From contig JBILOV010000001.1 in the NCBI GenBank assembly GCA_044374335.1, forward strand, positions 1 to 34,054: a stretch of 34,054 nucleotides of DNA, read 5' to 3'. Below the pieces are notes generated by a model. The model made no database searches. It saw only the letters and a program-made list of their open reading frames with translations, and had not been told where the DNA came from. The position numbers and the translations under genes were made by a program. Of the stretch, positions 17,389 through 25,953 are shown piece by piece; position 1 is the first letter of the stretch, and every line of letters begins with the position of its first letter. This DNA comes from Bacteroidia bacterium. GTDB lineage: Bacteria; Bacteroidota; Bacteroidia; B-17B0; Aurantibacillaceae.

Positions 17389-18471
17389 ATGAAAAACACA
17401 GCACTATCTCAAAAACACATTTCTTTAGGAGCTAAAATGGTTCCATTTGCAGGATATAATATGCCTGTTTCTTACAGCGGATTAAATGATGAGCATGCAA
17501 CTGTAAGAAACGCTGTTGGTGTTTTTGATGTTAGCCACATGGGGGAATTTATTTTAAAAGGCGAGCATGCTTTAGATTTAATTCAAAGAGTTACCAGCAA
17601 TGATGCTTCTGTATTAACAGACGGCAAAGCGCAGTATTCTTGTTTACCAAATAACGATGGCGGTATTGTTGATGATTTAATTGTTTACCGTATTGACGAA
17701 AAATCATACATGTTAGTTGTTAATGCATCAAATATTGATAAAGATTGGAACTGGATTAGTAAACATAATACTGCTAATGTAGAGATGCATAACATTTCCG
17801 AAAAAACATCTTTACTAGCAATACAAGGCCCTAAAGCGTTAGATACTTTACAAAAATTAACTGATGTTAAATTAGCAGACATTCCGTACTACTCTTTTGC
17901 GAAAGGAAAATTTAATGGTGTTGATAATGTTGTGATTTCTAATACTGGTTACACAGGTGCTGGTGGTTTTGAAATTTATTTTGAAAACGAATACGCTGAA
18001 AAAATGTGGGATTCAATTTTTGCTGCTGGTGCAGAATTTGGCATTAAACCAATTGGATTAGGTGCTCGCGATACCTTACGCTTAGAAATGGGCTTCTGTT
18101 TATACGGTAATGATATTGATGATACAACATCACCAATTGAAGCAGGTTTAGGATGGATTACAAAATTTACAAAAGATTTTACAAATCGTGCTGCCATTGA
18201 AAAACAAAAAACAGAAGGTGTAACCAAAAAATTAGTTGGCTTTGAAATGATAGACAGAGGAATTCCTCGCCACGATTATCAAATTGCTGATGCTAACGGA
18301 ACTATAATTGGAAAAGTAACTTCAGGAACTCAATCTCCAACTTTAAATAAAGCTTTAGGTATGGGTTACGTCAATAAAGACTTTGCTAAAGCTGATACAG
18401 AAATTTTTATTTTAATCAGAGATAAAGCAATCAAGGCTAAAGTTTGTAAAATTCCTTTTTTGAAAAAATAA
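17389..18471 (+). CDS. gcvT: Glycine cleavage system aminomethyltransferase (T protein)
   Basis: 360 aa with [24 protein letters not shown] and [13 protein letters not shown]. Confidence 0.95.
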   Translation: MKNTALSQKHISLGAKMVPFAGYNMPVSYSGLNDEHATVRNAVGVFDVSHMGEFILKGEHALDLIQRVTSNDASVLTDGKAQYSCLPNNDGGIVDDLIVYRIDEKSYMLVVNASNIDKDWNWISKHNTANVEMHNISEKTSLLAIQGPKALDTLQKLTDVKLADIPYYSFAKGKFNGVDNVVISNTGYTGAGGFEIYFENEYAEKMWDSIFAAGAEFGIKPIGLGARDTLRLEMGFCLYGNDIDDTTSPIEAGLGWITKFTKDFTNRAAIEKQKTEGVTKKLVGFEMIDRGIPRHDYQIADANGTIIGKVTSGTQSPTLNKALGMGYVNKDFAKADTEIFILIRDKAIKAKVCKIPFLKK

Positions 18472-18489
18472 TTTAAAAACTGTCGCACA

Positions 18490-18532
18490 GAGCGGAGTCG
18501 AAGTGCAAGGTTAAAAGTATTCGACTCAGCTC
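18490..18532. repeat. GC-rich inverted repeat/hairpin immediately after gcvT
   Basis: GAGCGGAGTCGAA (18490-18502) is the reverse complement of TTCGACTCAGCTC (18520-18532) at 12 of 13 positions. The loop is 17 nt and no U-tract follows. Confidence 0.6.
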
Positions 18533-18551
18533 AGACTATAAAATAAAAAGC

Positions 18552-19259
18552 ATGAACATAGAAGTTTGTTATACTCCACAAGCCTACCCTCTTTTCCATA
18601 AGGATGATGCTATTGTAATAGTGATAGATGTTTTTAGGGCAACCTCAGCTATAGTTACCGCATTTTATAATGGAGTTAGTAAAATGATCCCGGTTGCAAC
18701 CGTTGCAGAAGCAAAAGAATATCAAACCAATGGCTATTTAGCAGCAGCTGAACGTGATGGAGAAATAATTGAAGGATTTGAATTAGGTAATAGCCCTTTT
18801 GGTTATATGAACAATAAGGTAAAAGGAAAAACAATTGCTATTTCAACTACTAACGGCACCCAAGCAATTGAGGCAAGTCGCAAGGCATCAAAAATTTTGA
18901 TAGGAAGTTTTTTAAATTTAGATGTATTATGCGACTATTTATTATCTCAAAAAAAAGATGTTGTTTTAGTTTGCGCAGGCTGGAAAAATAAATTTAACTT
19001 AGAGGATACTATTTTTGCAGGAGCAGTAGTAAGTAAATTGTCATCTAATTCAGATTGCATTATTACCTGCGATTCTGCTATAGCATCTAAACACCTTTAC
19101 AATTTCGCCAAAGATGATTTGCATGGTTTTTTAGCAAACTCATCTCATCGAAATCGTTTGGCTAAATTAGATTTAGAAAGAGATATTAAGTATTGTTTAA
19201 CTCCAAACCAATGCCCTGTAATTCCAATTATGGAAGGCAAATATTTAGTTAAGCTATAA
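18552..19259 (+). CDS. 2-phosphosulfolactate phosphatase family protein (ComB-like)
   Basis: 235 aa with VIDVFRATS and AAAERDGEIIEGFELGNSP, the two hallmark motifs of the ComB family. Confidence 0.8.
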   Translation: MNIEVCYTPQAYPLFHKDDAIVIVIDVFRATSAIVTAFYNGVSKMIPVATVAEAKEYQTNGYLAAAERDGEIIEGFELGNSPFGYMNNKVKGKTIAISTTNGTQAIEASRKASKILIGSFLNLDVLCDYLLSQKKDVVLVCAGWKNKFNLEDTIFAGAVVSKLSSNSDCIITCDSAIASKHLYNFAKDDLHGFLANSSHRNRLAKLDLERDIKYCLTPNQCPVIPIMEGKYLVKL

Positions 19260-19271
19260 CTAACCTCTTCT

Positions 19272-19826
19272 ATGGAAAACATTCAGGCAATTAGTAAACG
19301 TAGTTCTATTTTAGTTAAAGATCAGGTTTTTAGTTTGGTTATTTTACCAACCGATGACAAGAAAAAAACTAACCTGATGTTTTTATGGCTATTAGCATGG
19401 AGCGTAAGTGGTGTTATTGTAATGGCTAATTATTTTACCTTAACACAAGAAAAAGCTAAACTCATGTTAATTGTTTGGCTAGCATTTTGGGCTTATTTTG
19501 AGTTTAAAATTATCAGAGTGTATATGTGGAAACGTTTTGGAAAAGAAAAACTTTGGATAAAAAACGGCACATTATTATATCAGCAAGATATTAATGGAAG
19601 AGGAAAAGTAAAAGAATTCGACTTAAATTTGATTTCTGACCTTAAACTTATCGAATTAACTAATGGTAGCATTGCTGATACTTTTAGCCAAACTTTTTGG
19701 GTAAAAGGTGGTGAAAGAATTGAATTTTCATGTCAATCACAAGTTATAAAATTTGGAATGCAATTAACAGATGAGGAAGCAAATAAAATTATTGCCGCTT
19801 CAAATAAGTTCTTGAAAAAGAAATAA
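19272..19826 (+). CDS. Hypothetical membrane protein (two transmembrane helices plus a soluble C-terminal domain)
   Basis: 184 aa, starting 12 nt after the ComB-like gene. The hydrophobic segments are LMFLWLLAWSVSGVIVMANYF and LMLIVWLAFWAYFEFKII. I recognise no family. Confidence 0.6.
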   Translation: MENIQAISKRSSILVKDQVFSLVILPTDDKKKTNLMFLWLLAWSVSGVIVMANYFTLTQEKAKLMLIVWLAFWAYFEFKIIRVYMWKRFGKEKLWIKNGTLLYQQDINGRGKVKEFDLNLISDLKLIELTNGSIADTFSQTFWVKGGERIEFSCQSQVIKFGMQLTDEEANKIIAASNKFLKKK

Positions 19827-19873
19827 AACAACATTTTGAAACTGCAAAAAAAAATTAGAATTACAGAAATAAA

Positions 19874-20503
19874 TTAGATCTCTTCTGTTAGTTCCGTTCG
19901 CCAATTATCAATTTTTAACATTCTAAAAAAATCCTCTTCTTCAATTTCTCTCACACAACCAGGTTGTAAATCTCCTAATTGTAAATCTTCTATAGACACT
20001 CTAATTAAACGTTTACAGTGGTGATAAACAGAGGAAACCATTTTGCGAATTTGATGATATTTACCCTCTGTTAAAGTAATAGTTAACCACGAATGCGGTA
20101 AGTCCTCCCTAAATTCATGTAAACGTTTTGGTAAATTGATTGGTTTTTGAACTATCTCTACTTCACAGGGCGATGTAGTATAATATCCGCCACCTTTTAC
20201 TCTAATAGTAATTCCGGTTTGTAATTGATGCAAACGTTCCGCGCTAACCACTTTTTCAACATGAACTAAATATGTACGTTTATGAGGAGTTTCACTCTCA
20301 AATAATAATTTAGTAACGCGCTTGTTGGTTGTTAATATTAATAATCCTTCTGAATTATTGTCTAATCTGCCAATAGCATGGGTGCCTTCTGGCCAATCAA
20401 AATCAATATCACCCAACAAATTAACCTTATCGGGACTAACAAATTGCGAAACCATTTTGTAGGGTTTATTGATTATAAAATATCTATTGAGAGTTGGGTT
20501 CAT
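19874..20503 (-). CDS. rRNA pseudouridine synthase, RsuA/RluB/E/F family, lacking an S4 domain (RluE-like)
   Basis: 209 aa with the catalytic motif GRLDNNSEGLLILT, plus HKRTYLV and GKYHQIRKM. Confidence 0.85.
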   Translation of the reverse strand: MNPTLNRYFIINKPYKMVSQFVSPDKVNLLGDIDFDWPEGTHAIGRLDNNSEGLLILTTNKRVTKLLFESETPHKRTYLVHVEKVVSAERLHQLQTGITIRVKGGGYYTTSPCEVEIVQKPINLPKRLHEFREDLPHSWLTITLTEGKYHQIRKMVSSVYHHCKRLIRVSIEDLQLGDLQPGCVREIEEEDFFRMLKIDNWRTELTEEI

Positions 20504-20735
20504 TTACTGTTGATTTTACCAAAATGTTTTAATAAAACTAGGTTAACAAAAATCCCACAATACTCATTTTCATAGATAATATAATGCTACCCATTAAACA
20601 AATATATTATTAAGTAATTTAAGTAACGATATTTTATCAAAATCTAAATTCGCATTTTCAACCTAATAATTATTTTATTGATTTAATAAACATAGTTGAA
20701 AAATGGCTAATGCAAATTGAAAATGCTAAATCATT

Positions 20736-22010
20736 TTAACTAATCCTATCAAAGCCTGTATAAGGCACTAATACTTTAGGCATTTTAATACCATCTTCTG
20801 TTTGATTATTTTCTAATAAAGAAGCCACGATACGCGGTAATGCTAAAGCGCTACCATTTAAACTGTGTGCTAATTGTGTTTTACCATTTGCATCTTTGTA
20901 ACGGCATTTTAATCGGTTAGTTTGAAACGTTTCGAAATTAGAAACAGAACTTACTTCTAACCAACGTGCTTGTGCTGTGCTCCATACTTCTAAATCATAC
21001 GTTAACGCAGAACCAAAACTCATATCGCCACCACACAATTTTAATGTACGGTATGGCAATTCTAACTCCTGTAGTAAACTACAAACAAACTCTCTCATCA
21101 TTTCCAATGTTTTATATGAATTTTCAGGAGCTACAATTTGTACAATTTCTACTTTATCAAATTGGTGTAAACGATTTAAACCACGTACATCTTTTCCGTA
21201 GCTTCCTGCTTCTCTTCTAAAACAAGGTGTATAACCACAATTTTTAATTGGTAAATCACTTTCTTTTAAAATTACCTCTCGATACATATTAGTGATAGGA
21301 ACTTCAGCGGTTGGTATTAAATATAAATCATCGACTTGGCAATGATACATCTGTCCTTCTTTATCAGGTAACTGCCCTGTTCCGTATCCACTATCTGCGT
21401 TTACTAAAATAGGAACCTGCACTTCGTTATAACCTGCAGCAGTAGCTTTATCTAAAAAATAATTAATCAATGCGCGTTGCAATTTTGCTCCTTTTCCTTT
21501 GTATACCGGGAAACCTGCTCCTGTTAATTTTACGCCCAATTCAAAATCAATTAAATCGTATTTAGTAGTTAACTCCCAATGAGGAGTTGCTCCAGCATGT
21601 AGCTTAGGAATAGTTCCGTGTTCGTTTACAACTTCGTTATCTTCAGGTGTTTTTCCAACCGGCACTGTTAAGTTAGGTAGGTTGGGAACCGTTACTAACA
21701 ATTTATAAATTTCAGCTTCAATGTTTTTTAAAGTTTCATCGAATTGCTTTTCATTCAATTTCAGTTCAGCTGTTTTTGCTTTTAAAACCTCTGCCTCATC
21801 TTTCTTGCCGGATTTCATCAATTCACCTATCTGCTTGGCTAAACCATTAGCTTCCGCTTTAGTATCATCAGCTTGGCGTTGAGCTGCTTTTCTGTTATTA
21901 TCTAATTCAATAACTGAATTAATAATAATTTCGGCGTCTTTAAAATTTTTAATTGCTAAACGTTTTAATACGTCTTCTTTATTATCTTGTATGTAACTAA
22001 GTTGTAACAT
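20736..22010 (-). CDS. serS: Serine--tRNA ligase
   Basis: 424 aa with an N-terminal coiled-coil arm and class II motifs (IPTAEVP, CFRREAGSYGKD, GSALALPR). Confidence 0.97.
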   Translation of the reverse strand: MLQLSYIQDNKEDVLKRLAIKNFKDAEIIINSVIELDNNRKAAQRQADDTKAEANGLAKQIGELMKSGKKDEAEVLKAKTAELKLNEKQFDETLKNIEAEIYKLLVTVPNLPNLTVPVGKTPEDNEVVNEHGTIPKLHAGATPHWELTTKYDLIDFELGVKLTGAGFPVYKGKGAKLQRALINYFLDKATAAGYNEVQVPILVNADSGYGTGQLPDKEGQMYHCQVDDLYLIPTAEVPITNMYREVILKESDLPIKNCGYTPCFRREAGSYGKDVRGLNRLHQFDKVEIVQIVAPENSYKTLEMMREFVCSLLQELELPYRTLKLCGGDMSFGSALTYDLEVWSTAQARWLEVSSVSNFETFQTNRLKCRYKDANGKTQLAHSLNGSALALPRIVASLLENNQTEDGIKMPKVLVPYTGFDRIS

Positions 22011-22280
22011 GGTATTTTATTTAAAGGATAAATTTAATCTTTGTAATGTATTAATGAAAAATATTATTTTAAATATGGAACGCAGATGACACTGATAATT
22101 GTGATAAAAAATGATTTTTGTGTTTTGTGATTTTTAATTATCTCAAATCATCGTTAATTTTCTAAAACCCTATTATGTGTTGGCATTACAAAATTTAAAA
22201 ACTAATTTAAGAAATCTTAACTAATCATAAAAAAATCTGCGTTATCAGCGTTCTATAAATAAATTAAAAAACTTCACTAA

Positions 22281-22318
22281 AACACAAAAAGCCGATCCGC
22301 CAGCTGGCGGAAGGGCTT
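22281..22318 (-). terminator. Rho-independent terminator of the rplU-rpmA operon, built on the CCGCCAGCTGGCGG palindrome
   Basis: The minus strand reads AAGCC-CTT-CCGCCAGCTGGCGG-ATC-GGCTT-TTTGTGTT. The outer 5-bp stem is 22289-22293 paired with 22314-22318, and the inner palindrome is 22297-22310. A U-rich tract follows. The element starts 25 nt past the rpmA stop. Confidence 0.8.
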
Positions 22319-22342
22319 CAAGTTCTAAAAATAGGTTTCTTG

Positions 22343-22603
22343 TTATGCCTCTACAGGAACAACTGAAACGTACGATCGATCATCTGCTTTCTTTTTAAAA
22401 ACAACTTTTCCGTCAATTAAAGCATATAATGTATGATCTTTTCCAATACCAACATTTAAACCTGGGTTATGTTTTGTACCACGTTGGCGAACAATAATGT
22501 TACCAGAAATACAAGCTTGACCGCCAAATATTTTAACGCCTAAACGTTTGCTATGTGATTCGCGACCATTGTTTGTGGAGCCCGCTCCTTTTTTATGTGC
22601 CAT
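22343..22603 (-). CDS. rpmA: 50S ribosomal protein L27
   Basis: 86 aa, beginning [24 protein letters not shown]. Confidence 0.97.
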   Translation of the reverse strand: MAHKKGAGSTNNGRESHSKRLGVKIFGGQACISGNIIVRQRGTKHNPGLNVGIGKDHTLYALIDGKVVFKKKADDRSYVSVVPVEA

Positions 22604-22686
22604 TTTCTTTAGTTTTTAATTTTTAGTTATGAGTTTTAAGTACTGTGTTTTATTTAAAACTAAACACTTACAACTTAAACTTGTTT

Positions 22687-23175
22687 TTACTCTTCAGTTT
22701 TTTTAACTGCTTTTTTTGCAGGCGCTTTTTTAGCTGCTGCTTTTTTAACCGGAGCTACTTTTTCAGTAACTACTTCAGTTCTAACCTTAGGATTTCTTTG
22801 GCTAGGAGATAAAGTTTTACGTACTGCTTTTTCAGCTGTTAACTCTTCTTTTACAGTTTCACCTTTAGTCAGGATTCCTTGAATTAAAATTTGAGTTAAG
22901 TATTGACGGTGGTTATTCCATTTTTGGTAACCTTTACGACGTTTTTTCTTAAATACGATAACTTTATCGCCTTTTAAGTGTTCAATAACTGTGGCAGCAA
23001 CTTTTGCGCCATCAACAGTTGGGCTTCCGATAGAGATTTTTCCATCATTTTCAATTAAGAAAACTTTGTCAAACTCTACATTTGCACCTTCGTTAGCATC
23101 TAGGCGGTGAACGTAGACTTTATTGCCTCGTTCCACTTTAAATTGTTGCCCTGCTATTTCTACAATTGCATACAT
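22687..23175 (-). CDS. rplU: 50S ribosomal protein L21 with a Lys/Ala-rich C-terminal extension
   Basis: The first ~102 aa align with canonical L21 ([14 protein letters not shown]...[13 protein letters not shown]). The remaining 60 aa form a low-complexity tail ending [21 protein letters not shown]. Confidence 0.93.
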   Translation of the reverse strand: MYAIVEIAGQQFKVERGNKVYVHRLDANEGANVEFDKVFLIENDGKISIGSPTVDGAKVAATVIEHLKGDKVIVFKKKRRKGYQKWNNHRQYLTQILIQGILTKGETVKEELTAEKAVRKTLSPSQRNPKVRTEVVTEKVAPVKKAAAKKAPAKKAVKKTEE

Positions 23176-23215
23176 GTGTGTTAATTTTAATTGTTAATAA
23201 TTTTTTTAAGGAAGG

Positions 23216-23246
23216 CAAAGATAAATGGTTTTTTCTATTTGCCAAA
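23216..23246 (-). promoter_or_regulatory. Bacteroidetes sigma-A promoter of rplU-rpmA (TTTG-N19-TATCTTTG)
   Basis: The minus strand has TTTG (23246-23243), a 19-nt spacer, and TATCTTTG (23223-23216), 41 nt upstream of the rplU ATG. The architecture matches the rpmH promoter. Confidence 0.6.
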
Positions 23247-23347
23247 GATTTTGAGGACTTATTTGGTATGAGTGCTAGTAAATTTTGCGTAATTAATCAC
23301 TTTTTAACGATTACAACTAATTAATTTACTAATTATCAAAAACTTAC

Positions 23348-24244
23348 CTATTTTTCAGGTGCAACTTTAGCAGTAGAATTAATCATCCAAATACCAGCAA
23401 TAATAACAATAACAGCCAACATTTGAAATAAATTAATGATTTCACCATCAAATAAACCCCAACCGATAGCAACAACTGGAATTAAATAAGTGCAACTAGC
23501 TGCAAAAACAGTTCCCGACAACTTTATTAAAGTATTATAAACCACTACCGAAAGCGCTGAACCTACAATTGCCAATATACTTATATAACCAAGAGCTCTT
23601 AACCCTTCCGGATGATTGGAAGCATGAATCACAACATCCGTAAACCCAAATATATAAATAGCTGCAACAGGGCCAATTAAAGTAAACGACCATACAGTAG
23701 CCGTTAAGGAATTAACATGTCCTAAATAGGCTTTTATACCATTAACACTAATGGCATAGCACAACGTAGCAGCAGCAACTAACAAACAATACATGATATT
23801 TTTACTCTGATCATTTCCATTATTACCTAACGTAACTAAAGCAATAGCGCCAACAAGACCAATTAAAACACCTAAAATTTGATTTTTATTGATCTTATGA
23901 TTAAAAGCAATCATACCGATTAAAATAGTAAACATAGGAGTTAAAGCATTTAACATGCCAGTTAAACTACTACTAATTTGGGTTTCAGCTTTTGTAAATA
24001 AAAAGGCAGGAATTAAGTTTCCGAATACACCCATTAAAAGTAAACCTTTTAAGTTTGTTTTTAAATCTATCTTATAGTGTCTTATTAAAAAAGGTAACAT
24101 AAATGCTGAAGCTATCGTTATTCTTAATCCTGCTACTTCATCACTGCTAAAGGCTCTTAAACCTTGTTTCATTAATATAAACGAGCTACCCCAAACCAAT
24201 GAAAGTGCAATTAAAATAATCCAACAGATAACTTTTTTATTCAT
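23348..24244 (-). CDS. EamA/DMT-family transporter
   Basis: 298 aa, about ten hydrophobic helices arranged as two EamA-like halves. Confidence 0.85.
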   Translation of the reverse strand: MNKKVICWIILIALSLVWGSSFILMKQGLRAFSSDEVAGLRITIASAFMLPFLIRHYKIDLKTNLKGLLLMGVFGNLIPAFLFTKAETQISSSLTGMLNALTPMFTILIGMIAFNHKINKNQILGVLIGLVGAIALVTLGNNGNDQSKNIMYCLLVAAATLCYAISVNGIKAYLGHVNSLTATVWSFTLIGPVAAIYIFGFTDVVIHASNHPEGLRALGYISILAIVGSALSVVVYNTLIKLSGTVFAASCTYLIPVVAIGWGLFDGEIINLFQMLAVIVIIAGIWMINSTAKVAPEK

Positions 24245-24332
24245 TTATTTTAATTATATTTTTTTTAATACATTCAATATGCTTTTGTTATTAATTAGAT
24301 TGCCTAGAAGGATATCGGCAGTCAAATGTTAT

Positions 24333-24746
24333 TTAGCTAAATGCCATGGCGTCTAATTTCATTTGCTTAATCATACTTACCAAGCCATTGGCTCTGGTTG
24401 GAGATAAATGCTCTGTTAATCCAATTTTATTTATAAAATCCAAATTAGCCGATATAATATCCTTCGGCTTTTGATGAGATAAAACTCTGATCATTAGCGC
24501 AACCATTCCTTTTGTAATTATTGCATCACTATCTGCCGTATAAACTATTTCACCCTCTTTTTTTTGAGAGTGTAACCATACTTTACTTTGGCAGCCTTTA
24601 ATAATTCTATCTTCTGTTTTAAAACTTTCCTCTATTTTAGGAAGCGATTTTCCCAATTCTATCAAGTGTTCGTACTTGCCTTCCCAATCATCTCCAAATA
24701 AATCGAACTCCTCAATAATTTCATTTTCTATTTCTGCAATACTCAT
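24333..24746 (-). CDS. sufE: SufE-family sulfur acceptor protein
   Basis: The motif IKGCQSKVWL holds the conserved Cys, and LSPTRANGL lies near the C-terminus. The track ORF opens at a TTG at 24761. The first ATG, at 24746 (MSIAEIENEI), is preferred. Confidence 0.85.
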   Translation of the reverse strand: MSIAEIENEIIEEFDLFGDDWEGKYEHLIELGKSLPKIEESFKTEDRIIKGCQSKVWLHSQKKEGEIVYTADSDAIITKGMVALMIRVLSHQKPKDIISANLDFINKIGLTEHLSPTRANGLVSMIKQMKLDAMAFS

Positions 24747-24750
24747 GCAC

Positions 24751-24758
24751 CAAAAGTA
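24751..24758 (-). promoter_or_regulatory. Candidate -7 box (TACTTTTG) almost abutting the sufE ATG
   Basis: The minus strand reads TACTTTTG, ending 4 nt before the ATG at 24746. There is no well-spaced -33 TTG. Confidence 0.35.
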
Positions 24759-25014
24759 CAATCAATTTTTATTTTTTGGCTCAAAAAAAACAATTAAAAA
24801 TGTGCATAATCAATTATTAATTGTCTAATAATCTATTGATAATCAGATTAATTAGTACTGAACTATTACCGTTAATAACTTTGTCTTATTATAATTGCAT
24901 TATTTAATAGAATTTATTTGCTTAGATGATTGATTTTTAAAGATTTTTTTGTGCCAACGCAGTATAGTAAAATTCTAAATTGTTAGGAAACATAAAACAA
25001 AAAAAACATTAAGT

Positions 25015-25953
25015 ATGAAGATTGGATTAGATATTATGGGGGGCGATTTTGCTCCAAAAAATTGTTTAGATGGAGCCATTATGGCTTTAGACTCCCTACC
25101 CTCTGATGTTACTATAGTTTTGATTGGAGATAGTGAAAAAGTAAAAAACTATCTTAAAGAAAAAGGCGTTGCTGAAAACAAATTTGAATTTGTTCATACT
25201 TCTGATGTTATTGAAATGGGAGAACACCCTACTAAAGCTTTAGCACAAAAACCTCAAAGCAGTATTTCTATTGGATTTAAGTTATTAAAAGAAAACGAAA
25301 TACAATGTTTTGCAAGTGCTGGCAATACTGGTGCTATGTTAGTTGGTTCAATGTTTTCAGTAAAAGCTGTTCCAGGGGTTATTCGCCCTTGTATTACTTC
25401 AATTTTACCAAAAGAAAACGGAGGTTTTGGAATTATTTTAGATGTTGGCACAAATGCAGATTGTAAACCCGATGTGCTTTATCAGTTTGCAATATTAGGT
25501 TCTATATTTGCAAAAGAGGTATACAAAATAAATAATCCTAAAGTTGGTTTACTAAATATTGGTGAAGAGCCAGAAAAAGGAAATCTAGTAGCACAAGCTG
25601 CCCATGCGCTAATGAAAGACACGAAAGATTTTAATTTTATTGGAAATATTGAAGGATCTGAAGCATTTGGAGATAAGGCTGACGTTATTGTTTGCGAAGG
25701 TTTCACTGGAAATGTATTATTAAAAACAGCGGAAGCGTTTTACTCCATAATTAAAAAACGCAACCGCAGTGATGAGTATTTTGATAAATTTAATTATGAA
25801 CTATACGGTGGGACTCCAATATTAGGAATCAACTCAAACGTTATGATTGCACATGGTAAATCAAGTCCTTTAGCGTTTAAAAACATGTTAGTTTTAAGTA
25901 AGGATATTATAGAAGCAAATTTAAACGAAAAAATTAAAACCGTATTTCAATAA
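25015..25953 (+). CDS. plsX: Phosphate acyltransferase PlsX
   Basis: 312 aa with KIGLDIMGGDFAP and CEGFTGNVLLK. Its stop overlaps the fabH start (TAATG). Confidence 0.95.
   Translation: MKIGLDIMGGDFAPKNCLDGAIMALDSLPSDVTIVLIGDSEKVKNYLKEKGVAENKFEFVHTSDVIEMGEHPTKALAQKPQSSISIGFKLLKENEIQCFASAGNTGAMLVGSMFSVKAVPGVIRPCITSILPKENGGFGIILDVGTNADCKPDVLYQFAILGSIFAKEVYKINNPKVGLLNIGEEPEKGNLVAQAAHALMKDTKDFNFIGNIEGSEAFGDKADVIVCEGFTGNVLLKTAEAFYSIIKKRNRSDEYFDKFNYELYGGTPILGINSNVMIAHGKSSPLAFKNMLVLSKDIIEANLNEKIKTVFQ

Noticed and set aside
20652-20726. A 10-bp inverted repeat, GCATTTTCAA/TTGAAAATGC, downstream of serS
   Set aside because: It has a 55-nt loop, an AT-rich stem and no adjacent U-tract, so it is weak both as a terminator and statistically.
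22078-22253. MITE-like terminal inverted repeat (GAACGCAGAT ... ATCTGCGTTATCAGCGTTC) in the serS / rpmA spacer
   Set aside because: Only about 9 bp pair cleanly across ~150 nt. A rough estimate gives tens of inverted repeats of that length and spacing by chance in a window this size. The words resemble Flavobacterium repeat fragments from memory, but that is not enough support.
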